64,000 nt of DNA from Chlorokybus atmophyticus (lineage: Eukaryota > Plantae > Mesostigma and Chlorokybus algae): contig RHPI01002069.1 in NCBI GenBank assembly GCA_009103225.1, forward strand, positions 2,380,846 to 2,444,845, in the 5' to 3' direction. Position numbers and translations under genes: made by a program. Below the pieces are notes generated by a model. It saw nothing but the letters and a program-made list of their open reading frames with translations. It did not search any database and was not told the origin of the DNA. Shown here piece after piece: positions 1 through 10,945 of the stretch. Numbering within the stretch: the first letter of the stretch is position 1; each line of letters begins with the position of its first letter.

Positions 1-2423
1 ATGTGCAAAGCAACCGATGAGCTGTATTATCTTCAGGTGCCATTTAAATGCTTTGAACAACTCCGTTTAAAAAGTCTGTATAACGGAGCAGTGGGCAACA
101 AAGATGCATACGACGTGTCGCACGATCAATAGGGACAACCCGTGGACAATGCTGTTTCAAAAACTATAAATATATGCAATATATGCAATATTACGAACTT
201 CACAAGTAGGAACTCGTAACCTTACAGCATCATCATATTTAGATTATTGTTCAATCACATGCAACTGAAAATAACTACTTACTAGTAGCTTTGATTCTGT
301 TATGTCCATTTTTACACAATGTGCCTATTCTACAGTCTACACATGCTACGTGTTGGCAAAGTTTTACCGTCTCGACCATATGGTGTTGTATCTTTCGCTG
401 ATGTTATGCAATTTGCAAACAACACTGTGTATGTATTGTTTGCAAATTGTCATACATTTAACATTTGCATCATAGCGTGTTTGTATACATATTGTGTGGT
501 GCTCGTGGTTGCATTCTGCACGATATGTGTGTTACAAAGCTTTTCCTTAACATGATCACAACAACATTTCATTTGATGCACTACGAGTCTTCTCATATTG
601 CACACAACTTGATTTAATCACGTAGACACTCTGCTACCGAAACTTGCGTGCAAACGCAACTTTCTACCTATTCAACAGACAATACTTGTCGCAGTGTGCC
701 TACTTGATTGTGGCATTATACACTATCGTATACGGTAACGTCGATCAGTGTACCTCAAACAATATCATTATGCATACAGTAGCCTATTGCACATCCTTTT
801 CCTACAGCCTCCTATTGTTGCTGCCGCACTCGACGTGTTGGGAAGATTTCATTGCAAGCTTGGCGCGCAGTGTGGCGGCTGCCGCTCTGCATTTTGCGCG
901 CTTTTTAAAATAAAAACTACCACAACACACTCAGAGCGCCGATTTTTATCGCACTACCCAAGGAATCGACCAATAGCGCGCTAACCCATAACACGACCCA
1001 CATGATACATTTGTAACATCGTTTAAGCCTACATTGTATTAACAGCGCCAGTTTTGGTGACGGAAGCACATGCCGGCCTTCAGCACGCCATTTGACTATA
1101 GCCTTAAAGTTAACGGCCTACAAGATGTAGGCCTACACCATGTAATTGTTTGCGGCTGCGGTTGTTTAATGTACATGCTAAGCGACGGGCGTACTATTAG
1201 CTGATTGTTCAGACAAACGAGATGTAGAAATCGTCTTAATTGATAGTGCTGTAGGCTAGCGCTCTACTTGTTGATTCCCGGCTCGTGCGATTGAAATCTG
1301 CATTACTATTGTGGCTCCAGTGTTAAGTTGTAATTGCTCAAAGGCGCAGTGTGCTGGAGCGCTTTGCTGCGCGCCTAGCTTGCGGTTCGTAAGATTTTTA
1401 ACACGTCAAGTGGTGCAACACTTGAATAATTGATAAGAATTAGAGTATACGTCAAGGGGTATATGCACATGTAATTAGCACAACACTTTGATAAGATGTG
1501 TGGTACTATTGAGGGACGCATGCATAATTGATATTATAGAGTCATGCTTGTTAATGGACATTCACCAAGACTGATGCTGCATGTTATAGAAAAAGGGTTA
1601 AAACATACATACATACATACAATGTATAAGCAACAGAGCAAATGCACCCGATGTGTTACAAGGTGAGAAACCGTACAAACAGCCGGAGTCGTTGCCAGAG
1701 TGACAACAGCTTGCTCCTCAAGATGGCACACGTTGCACAACAAGGTAGTAGCAGTTGTTGTCATATGTGAAGTGTCAATAATAAGCGTGTTTAATGCACA
1801 ACATCCTTGTCCACAGTTTATCCCCCATCATCTTGCAACACGCCATACGCGATCAGACTCAACATAGCCCCACCTCCCGAGACACTTTCAAGCTTGCAAC
1901 CTCGCGCAGACGCTCATCCACTACATGAATTAATGTGGATCACATTAAGTTATAAGCATTTGCAGACAACACACGCGACGACCTTCTAGCAGCTCACGTG
2001 GACGTCTCTTACAAGTCATCGTAGGTCATGTGCTGTGCTTCCTAGTAGGAAGCACATCACAATTGGCTCTTTAAGAACTTGGACCTATTGGACCTAGCCC
2101 TTGCACTTGTTTAACATAAAAACCACTGGCATACCACATGCCCCCCCTTCTCATCACGTGCACAGTGCATATGACATGTTTGCGCAGGACTTGCAGCATT
2201 GCGCAAAGCCACAACGGCCGCCTCTTGCCTTTCGAGCAGCGCCGCTCGTCTCGTTTGGTCTGTGGCTTTGCGCTAATATGTGGGTCTGTAAGTCTGATCT
2301 GCAAGGTTGTGCAGGTCGGCAGTGGTTGCGACACCGCAGCAGATTCAGCTGGGGGTTGAAGTATGTGTACGAGTTCGAGTATACCTAGTAATAAGCATGT
2401 AACTCCATAATTGTATATGTGCA

Positions 2424-3060
2424 CATACACACTCACACCCTGATTGACGTCAAAGGACCATGAATGGTCCGTACCTTTGGACCGGGATTTTCCCCTGCTA
2501 AGTGAATTTGGTGGACCATATATGGTCGGACTGTCAATGACAGTCGGACCATGCATGGTCCAAACCTCACGTGAACGGTCCCGTGCTTTTTTGGGGTCGC
2601 ACCATTTATGGTGACCTGTTTGTATGAGTTTGCAAGGACCATGTATGGTGCAATGCCCCCTGGCGCAAAAGACCATGCATGGTTTGTTACTTCCACATGT
2701 CTGGTGATTGACAGTCGCACCATGCACGGTCCATGGATGCGGAACGGAAGTCTTTGTTTGAACTGACATATCTTAGACCATGCATGGTGCGCTGCCCTCC
2801 TAGCTCAGTGGACCATTTATGGTGCCAGTCTGATCGACAGTCGCACCATGCACGGTCCATAGATACGGACGTTGTTGTGCATATATGGTCCACAAGCGGT
2901 ATTATGCATGGTCTGATTGACAGTCGCACCATGCATGGTCTATCATGATGCCACAGCCATTGAAGCCATGCATGGTCCACAAGCGGCACCATGTCTGGTC
3001 CTAACAGACAACGCACCACATGGTCTGATTGGCAGTCGCACCATGCATGGTCTTAGCACC
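2424..3060. repeat. Left subterminal repeat array of the CACTA element
   Basis: Many irregularly spaced variants of the palindrome GGACCATGCATGGTCC and of TGACAGTCGCACCATGCATGGTC. Confidence 0.85.
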
Positions 3061-3234
3061 GGTGCCTGCACCGTGCCTGGTGCATACAATCCGACACGCA
3101 TGCCATTCACAGAAATGCTGTGATGGACTGTCAAACAACAGCCCATCAGTGTCAAGCCAGTGAGACTGCAGTTACAGTCTCCTACATGCACTTCACGCTG
3201 CGGTTACAGGAGGTAACAGGAGCAGCTAACAACA

Positions 3235-6200
3235 TCAGTCTGTTGTGTTGCCAGCACCTTCACCTGGAAGCCAGACTTGTGCTCTCCCTGGTTGATTCAG
3301 CCCCAATGTGAAGACACCCGCGACAGCCTTGCTCGACAGCATCTCTTGCAAACACTCAGCGCGTGCTTGCTGAGCTCTGCACAACAGCTGTACTGTCACG
3401 TGCTTACACAAACAGTAACTTGACCATAGCATAGGAAACCACCCACCTAGGAGGATGACGAGGGCTGTCGCATCCACTACCTCTTGGGTCGGAATGGCTT
3501 TCTCTTCGTTGCCTCGCTCAAAAGCCCTGCATTGTACCAAGTCATCACTCTTTAAAACCAGCAAAGGACTGTCGTTAAGTTGCTGCAGTGAAGTATGCAT
3601 ACCTGGTAGTTTGCGATTGGATCCCCACTCGCACCCTCCTTCAACATCTTTGTTGGACACCAACCACTTTTTCCTGGCAGCAAAGCTGACAATGGCCCTC
3701 AAGATCAGCTCATCTGGCACACGCTCCATTCAATTGGGGTCCTTGAATGCCAGCTGGTGACCATTGTGGAACAGCGTGTGCTCGATGTGGTGGTAGTACT
3801 CATACATGTCCATTGCCTCCTCTTTGGTGGGGGCGTTGGGCTTGGTGTTGCACACAATCCCCGCTGCAATTCGCAAATCCACGGCGGCGGCTTCTTCATC
3901 TTCACAGTTAGAGATCGCCCCAGCAACCTGCATAGGACCCAGAGTGGTCAGTGCAGTCCATTGGCGACCGTCAATATTATTGACAGTCTGCAATGCAATG
4001 CGTTAATAACTGTCAAGAACTGCAACATGTAATACGTGATCACCGGACTGCATTGGCGACCGTTCATCATGTGACAGCAGCCTAACAACAGCCTTTGTTA
4101 ACCTCCGTGTCTGTGCTGTGCCTGCCTGCGGGCGTAGGCAGCAGGTCCTTGATGCAACCGGGCACCGCATTGCGCTCATCGTTAGCGCATGCCTCACAGG
4201 GGCAGATGCCTTCGCTGGCCAAGAATATCATGGGCCACTCCATTTCCCTGCCCTGCATGTTGTTGTATCAAACACAAGAAATGCTCATGGACTCCACCAT
4301 ACAGTCATAGCGGGAGCACGTGCATATCCACAGCAAGCAATGTACCTCCAGAGTACGCCCACCATGGCAGCTGCTTGCCAGCATGTCATAGAGAAAATGC
4401 CTCTTTTTCACAGGTAGTTGAACGGCAAGGTTGCCATCCTCGCTTCTCACTGCCATCCAATGCTTAACAGAGACTAGATACGTGCGCATTGGTTGGTCTG
4501 GCTCGCATACGGAATAGATGGCGGCGACGCCAACAACAACTGCGTTGCAAATGTCGAACACCTGATCTTCAGCATATCCGTCCGCACCCTTGTCGTGACA
4601 TGCAGAGTAGCAGTCAGAGTAGCAGGCACCATGTGCGAAGCTAGTATGGAGGCAACAGTAAAACAGGACCGACAGTCGACTGCACCATGGTTGCTTACCT
4701 CTCTTTTAGCCAAGTGGCCCGGTACTGAGCGTTTGTGAGAGGCTCAGCGGTCAAAGGCGTAAGCATGACCACCTGCTGGTTGGCCCTCATGTCCCTCCCC
4801 AGACAAAATGTCATGCCCCAGCCAGCTTCAGCTTGAGCAGCGCGGCTACCTTGTGCAGCTTCCCTGTCGCTGGCACGCCTTTGCTTCTTGGCTTCATTGC
4901 GTTGTTGGACGCTCTTCCCGGTACCACTGCCGCGCTTCGCGCCAACGGAGTACTGCACTAGCACATACTGCTTGATTTGTGCTGCAACACAAGCAGATAC
5001 AAGTACAGCAAAGTACCAACGGCAAGGACTGTGAACGGCAAGACAGCTCCATGTAGCACACATTTTCAGCTGTTGGAAGTTGCCATCTAGCAGAAGACAG
5101 CCTCAAAGACAGCATATCACAACTGGTCACTGAAGCAACAAGCACGAACACAGCAGCAGCAACCAGGGCAAGGACTGTCAACGTAAACACAGTGCCCAGA
5201 CAGCACTTTTAGCTGTTGCAAGCTGCTAGCAAACAAAAGACAGCATACCGCAACTGGGCACTGAAAGCTACTTTGCACAGCAATTAACACGAACACAGCA
5301 ATAGCATCTAGGGTAAGGACCATCCAAGGCGACTGCTGAGGCCATGTGGCCAGCGGTTACCATGCCTCAACTCCTTAGGCCGTGCGTTTCTCATCACAGT
5401 TAGCCGACTGTCAATCTCATCCTTGCTGACCTGCTCGTCCCCACCATCCATCAGAGTGCAGGCTGTCAAGCTCTTGGCCAGTCCTTCGGCTAGCGTGTGC
5501 ATGGTATACAAGACCATGTCCTGGCATGGGTCAAAGTTGTACATCCGCCAAAGCCTCCACAAAGGCGACATCCCGTTGACGCCATACTTCTTGGCTTTTT
5601 CTTTCTTGCGATTGGGATCTTCTGTGCTTTCAATTTCATAGGCCACCTGGTAAGTGGCCTCTGCAGTTCTTTTAGCAAATGGCGACTGTGGTAGCGGCTG
5701 CTAGCGTAGTGGAAATTGGTCATGTTGCTCCGAGTTTCTTCAACAACATCATTGCCAGTGCTGGGATATTGAGTGACTTTTTTGGTGACAATAGAGTACC
5801 GGGTATGAGTTGCCAGCAGGCAACAATCCCTGCAACCGCATAAGCCGCCATTCTTGAATTGCCCCATCTCGCTTTAAGCGGGATTGTTACCGGCTATGTT
5901 CATGACAATGGCTCTGAGGAAAGCCTTTTCACCTGCAAAACCCGTTGCATTTGGACGCATTGCTTTATGGGCAGCGCGTGTGAAGCTATGCGCAGGAAAC
6001 AACCGCGACCTTTCAACATGGACTGTCGCGTACAGTGGATGAATGCACAAAGATAGTTGCTATTGACAATCGCTGTTGACAATCTTCGAACCTCAATGGA
6101 TTTACACAAGGTGTTCTATAAAGCAACATAATAGTGACAGTCGTCCTTGACAGCTCTCAATGGATTGTGCTTACTCTGCTGAATTCATTACAATGCTTTT

Positions 6201-7918
6201 TTTGTTGACAGGCGATGTCAACAATCACATTCTTGACACAGCATTGCGCACGAGGTGTTGTGAACAGATGTATCAAGCATACCGGCCAATCGATGAGGGA
6301 GCTTGATGTCCACCTGGCTGGAGTCCAAACCGTTGTGCGTAGGGAAGCCCATGGCGTACAAATCCTCCAACTCATCCAGCATGGGCTTCAGAAACGGGTT
6401 TGGACAGTCTTTGTCAGCGTCGAGTAGCTCGTCAGCTGAGACAAATACCACGGGCATGATGGAAGAAGCCTGTGAGCTGACGCGCTTGCCTCCATTGAGC
6501 ACAACAGCGTTGATGACAAGGCTGCTCCGTTTTGTAGTGGATGCAGAGCTGAAACCGTCACTGTGCAGCATGAGCGCAACGTTGCGCGGGTCTCCAGTAC
6601 ACTGCTGCGCAGCCTCTTCATTATCATAGGAGCATTCGCAATGCCATTTCTGATAACCATCCCTGTGCTGGGACATGTTAATGTTATAACTGTAGCGTCC
6701 ACAATCACATTTGTTTGGCAGAGGAATGATCTTCGCGCAGTCCCAAAAGAAGACAGCTCTCTCCACTTGTTGCCATGCCAATCTTCCCATTGAGGCATGG
6801 GGGGCTGGTTAGCTGGCACGTCGAGCCAGGTGTCTTTGTCTCACCAAGCAGCAAGGTTGTCATATGCGATAGAAGGTACTTTCAGCCACGGACCGAGCCT
6901 TAGACCAATGGGTGTATACAAATTGTCAATGCACTCCTTGCGCGTGCGCCCGTATTGGCCTCCGCACAGCTGTTTCCACAAGCGCTTCACACGCTTGTGG
7001 CGACTGTCATCTGCCTCATAGCTGTCCTCGCTGTCGTCGAACCCGCATGGGTAAGCATCTGGAAAGAGGTAATTACATCGCGTGCATGCTGTATATCTCT
7101 GTAACTCTGGCATTCCGATGGTAGTCAGCAATGCATCGACTGCCGTGATGTCAGTCGGCTGGGAGGGGTTGCGCTGACCGAGCAAGGTGTGGAGGTCATT
7201 TCGCAGGTGACTGTGGTCATAGGAAGGATCCTTGGCAAGTTGAACGATTAAATCCTCAGCGCCGAATATAATCTTCTGTACTATATCAATCAGTGATTGC
7301 TGGGCATGAGAGTCCTTTAAGTCTGTCAGAAGTGCCATGAATTTATCCAGCATCTTTTGCGTAGGTGTCTCTGAGGTTTGTTGCTGGCAAGAAATGCCTG
7401 GCTGAGGGGTATCGCATTGTGCTGAAGGCATTGGCGGTGGGTGCATACTTTCTTGCGCCGCCGTGTCTAGTCGCATGTGGGCCATGGCAGTCTCCGAGTT
7501 AATCAACTGCCAAAAAAAACCGGGCTGTCAACAACCGTAAATATGGTTCACAACGTTGTGCGCATAGCAGTGGGCGAACATGACAGTCGCATGGAAAGCC
7601 TCAGTGCATGTCCAACAACCGTGCGCGCTATGTTGAGTGAGCATGAGCAACATGATTTGTGCACACCTTGCCATGGCACCTCAGGCAAGAGCAAATTCTT
7701 TGGGAGTCTTCGTGCTGCTCGGGTTCTTCAACAGCCTCTTCGTCACTTGTTAGCGCATGCAAGTCGTCAGTTGGCATGTCAATAGTCTCTTGCAAGTCTG
7801 ATTGTTGCCATGGTTGCTGAGAGGGGGCAGCACTACCGGTGCCAGCCATGTTCACAGTCGGCTGTGGATCAGACTGATGTTGAAGTGGAGTTGTCGCTGC
7901 ACTGCCGGTGCCAGCCAT
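3235..7918 (-). pseudogene. Fragmented CACTA transposase (TnpD/Transposase_21-like)
   Basis: Motifs CSCLRCHGKVCTNHVAHAH (transposase-associated Zn domain-like), CTRC...CGGQYG...LYTPIGLRL, DPRNVALMLHSDGF...FLKPMLDELEDLYAMG (Transposase_21 core, 6218-6790) and KKYGVNGMSPLWRL...YTMHTLAEG (DxxH motif with D>Y). Several frame breaks; exon structure not resolved. Confidence 0.8.
5021..5320. repeat. Imperfect ~146-bp tandem duplication inside the transposon
   Basis: Unit GGCAAGGACTGT...CAGCTGTTG...AAAGACAGCAT...CAACTGG.CACTGAA...CACGAACACAGCA occurs twice. Confidence 0.7.
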
Positions 7919-8085
7919 GTTGATAGTCGGCTGTCCATGGAATTGCAGTAGAGCTGTTGCGGCACTGCTGTTGCTGGCGACATCGATAGTCGGCTGTCCA
8001 CCTGACTATTGCCTTGGGCGAAGTGTGGCTGCCAATCCACTGGTAGTGATGCCGGCCACATGGACAGTCGGCTGTTGATTTGCGG
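7835..8085 (-). repeat. Four ~60-80-bp imperfect tandem repeats encoding QPT(V/I)(N/D/H)xAxxxS units
   Basis: AGTCGGCTGT recurs near 7857, 7926, 7988 and 8067; the minus frame gives QPTVNMAGTGSAA twice. Confidence 0.7.
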
Positions 8086-8684
8086 GAGGCCTACAGAAAT
8101 CCGGCAGTTAGACCATATGCACTGGCACCATCCACTGATAACAATACACACCACGGCAGCTAGTGCACGTGCAGCTCGTTGACAGTCCTCTAGCAGGTGA
8201 AGGCTGTCACAGCAACGATAGCAGGTGGCATGCACAGAAAACCGCGTCACCATTGCTGAGAAGCAAGTAAGGTCAGCAAATTAACTTACTGCTCATGCTG
8301 CTGGCTGATCTCGCCATCCAGCTGGTCGTGTCAACTTCATGGGCAGGCTGTGGGTTGTCAACATCGTGCTGCACATCAGCCGCCTGCTCCGGCAAGGGTA
8401 GGGAACTCTGTTGGCTGCGACGGCGGTGCCTACGACTGGTGTTCCTCTTATCGGCTGGTTGCAAGTTGATTCCCAGCTTTGTACTAATGTCCTGGCAAAC
8501 TTGACAGCTTTCTTGCTTGCCATTGATATTGCGCCAGCATTCCGCCACCAAGTACACCGCCAAGAGGCCGCCGCCGCCGCCACCAACAAGAGCGCCGCCG
8601 CCTGCTCCCTCCGCCGGCGCCACCTCACTGAGCGGTAAAACCCTACTGCACAGACCACGGTACTCTGAGCCTATGCACGCGAGT

Positions 8685-9627
8685 TGACAGTCGCACCATG
8701 CAAGGTGCTTGACTCTATGGAGTAACTGCACACCGTTCGATATGCTTGGATCGACGGTTACAAGAGGCTGCCATGAAGACTTACCCTTGACAGTCGCATC
8801 ATGCATGATGCGACCGTCAAGGAGCTGAGCGTGCATCAGCGATGGTCCCAATCATTGTTCTGCAGACCAACCCAGAACCATGCATGGTCTGTACTCTCCC
8901 AGACCTTCGGACCAGGAAGAGCTTGGTTAAGTCAAGGACCATGTAGGGTCCGCAATCATACAATATTATTTGAACCAATAGCTGCTTGCTCAGATTAGGG
9001 ACCATGATCGTCCGTACTCACCCAGACCTTCGGACCAGGAAGAGCTTGGTTAAGTCAAGGACCATATATGGTCCACAATTATACAACAATGTCGACCAAT
9101 AGCTGCTTGGTTAGATTAAGAACCATGAATGGTCCGCAATTGTTAGCATTTTGACCAGTAAGAGCTTGTTAAGGCGGCAGACCATGGTGCGTGCTGCTTG
9201 TAAGAAATGACCAATAAGCTGAGCGTGCACCAGCAACGGTCCGCCCAATCAGTGTGGTTCGGACCAGTCACATCATTTTCATTCACCGCAACATATATGG
9301 TCCGGCATTGTGGTCTAGACCACGCATGGTCCGTACACCCATTGACAGCCGGACCGGCAATATGCCTGGTCTGGCTGCAGACCATGTATGGTCCAGTCTT
9401 TCGCGGCCACTAGGACCGGTAATATGTCTGGTCCAGCCACGCACCACATCTGATGCGAGACTGCGCACTAGGATTTGGGACCCTGAACGGACCATGCACG
9501 GTCCGTCCTCCGCAGACCAGGCAGTCCTGGCCCGCGGGATACGGACCATGCATGGTCCGTATCCCGGGGGGTACGTGAAAGGACCATACCTGGTCCTTGA
9601 ACGTCGATCCGTGTGTCAGTGTGCATG
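8685..9627. repeat. Right subterminal repeat array of the CACTA element
   Basis: Same GGACCATG(C/T)ATGGTCC motifs, plus a near-perfect 34-bp palindrome TTGACAGTCGCATCATGCATGATGCGACCGTCAA at 8787-8820. Confidence 0.85.
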
Positions 9628-9719
9628 CAAAGATTGTGTATCATTCTTTTCTTATCAATATGCATGGATGCATTAAGGTAAAAAACTTACTAACATCAGC
9701 ATGCTTAACATCTCATGCC

Positions 9720-10140
9720 GGTAATGGCACATAAAAGTAGATAAGTTAAACATTGGAGACTCGTGTGCCAAGAGTTTACATTGGAGATCCGTGTGCCACG
9801 AGTTTACAATGTCAGAACTGGCAGCACTGCCTTAAACTTTTGTATGTCAATGTTTGTGCTTGCATGGACTCTGCATGTGCCAGTATTGGCATACTCTTTT
9901 ACATGTCGTCGCTAGCTAGAGTGTTTGATGCCAAGCATGGCACCAGTCTATCTTTGTGCCAATAATAATTGACATGTGCAGTGTGCCAGCATTGGCACAC
10001 GCCGTTTGTGCCACTTATCAGTAGGTAAGTTAGCATCCATTGCTGGCACAAGCCATTTTGTGCCAGTTTTGAAGCTTTCCGGGTCTAGCCTCAAAAGACA
10101 GACAGACAGGTGCCAATACTAGCACGAGCTGCAGGCCTTA
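9720..10140. mobile_element. Subterminal region of an unclassified TE rich in GTGCCA/TGGCAC motifs
   Basis: More than ten GTGCCA/TGGCAC motifs in both orientations within ~420 bp; no matching second terminus found. Confidence 0.45.
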
Positions 10141-10149
10141 TGTGTGTGT

Positions 10150-10620
10150 GCAAGCTTGTGGATTGCTGTTCCAAAAGGCCCCCCCACCATCAATTTGAAG
10201 TGGGGTGATCCTACTGGAACAGCACCCTATAGCCTATTGTGGCTGCATCTACACAATAGGAGCGGAGTACATCATCATGATCACGGTTGTACTGTACATG
10301 TATAACATCGACGCCTTAACCACTGGCTATGGCAGCAAAAGTCGATGCCCTATGAGGAGCCACATGCCATTCAACCACGTCCCATAACCCCAGAATGACA
10401 GCATTGCATCATCTTCAGCTGCAAAGGAAGCATTATAAAGAAGGCTCTGAAAACTGATAGTAGATCTTGGACACCCTTTGGAGAGCAATCCTCTTAGCAA
10501 GGAGCAAGCATATTAATGTGGACCATCACTTTATGAAAGACAGAACGGCGGGAGGTAAGATGGAGTTCAGTTACTGCAGGACTAATGACATGCTAGCGGT
10601 CTTCATAAACTAGGCATTTA
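10150..10620 (+). pseudogene. Ty1/Copia RNase H remnant
   Basis: Degenerate translation SYWNSTL*PIVAAST...AEYI [insert] ASSSAAKEAL*RRL*KLIVDLG...ARSKHINVDHHFMKDRTAGGKMEFSYCRTNDMLAVF matches Copia SWxSKKQxxVAxSTxEAEY...KHIDIRYHFIRE. A PPT-like GTGGGAG followed by TGTTGA at 10723 may start an LTR. Confidence 0.8.
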
Positions 10621-10875
10621 TTGCGATGTTTAAGACGTACTGTGAACGACTTTGGCATTAAAGTTGGAGCGAGGGCTTAGATGACTTGGAGCGAGAAGCT
10701 GGCCAACCTGCGTGCGTGGGAGTGTTGAGAATAGATCATTATTGTGTATGGTTTATGGCGCTCATTACTTGTATGCAATCAGCTGGTCTATTACAACCGT
10801 AAGTAGCTTATTTAGTGACATTGGATAAGCTAATCTACACTCCAGTTTCGTATGAACGGATGGCACGGTGGCGCG

Positions 10876-10877
<2 letters not shown>

Positions 10878-10940
<63 letters not shown>
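10878..10940. repeat. (TC)n microsatellite
   Basis: Direct reading. Confidence 0.98.

Positions 10941-10945
<5 letters not shown>

Larger units (their letters stand above)
2424..9627 (-). mobile_element. CACTA/EnSpm-superfamily DNA transposon, full-length but degenerate
   Basis: Imperfect terminal inverted repeats: left CATACACACTCACACCCTGATTGACGTCAAAGGACCATGAATGGTCC, right (reverse complement) CATGCACACTGACACACGGATCGACGTTCAAGGACCAGGTATGGTCC. CA flanks both ends (2422-2423, 9628-9629), a possible 2-bp TSD; alternative CAC termini at 2428/9623. Both ends carry subterminal repeat arrays and the interior encodes Transposase_21-like segments. Confidence 0.85.

Noticed and set aside
2450-3060. 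CRISPR-like array of palindromic repeats
   Set aside because: Irregular spacing, degenerate units, mirrored at the other TE end, eukaryotic context and no cas genes; these are CACTA subterminal repeats.
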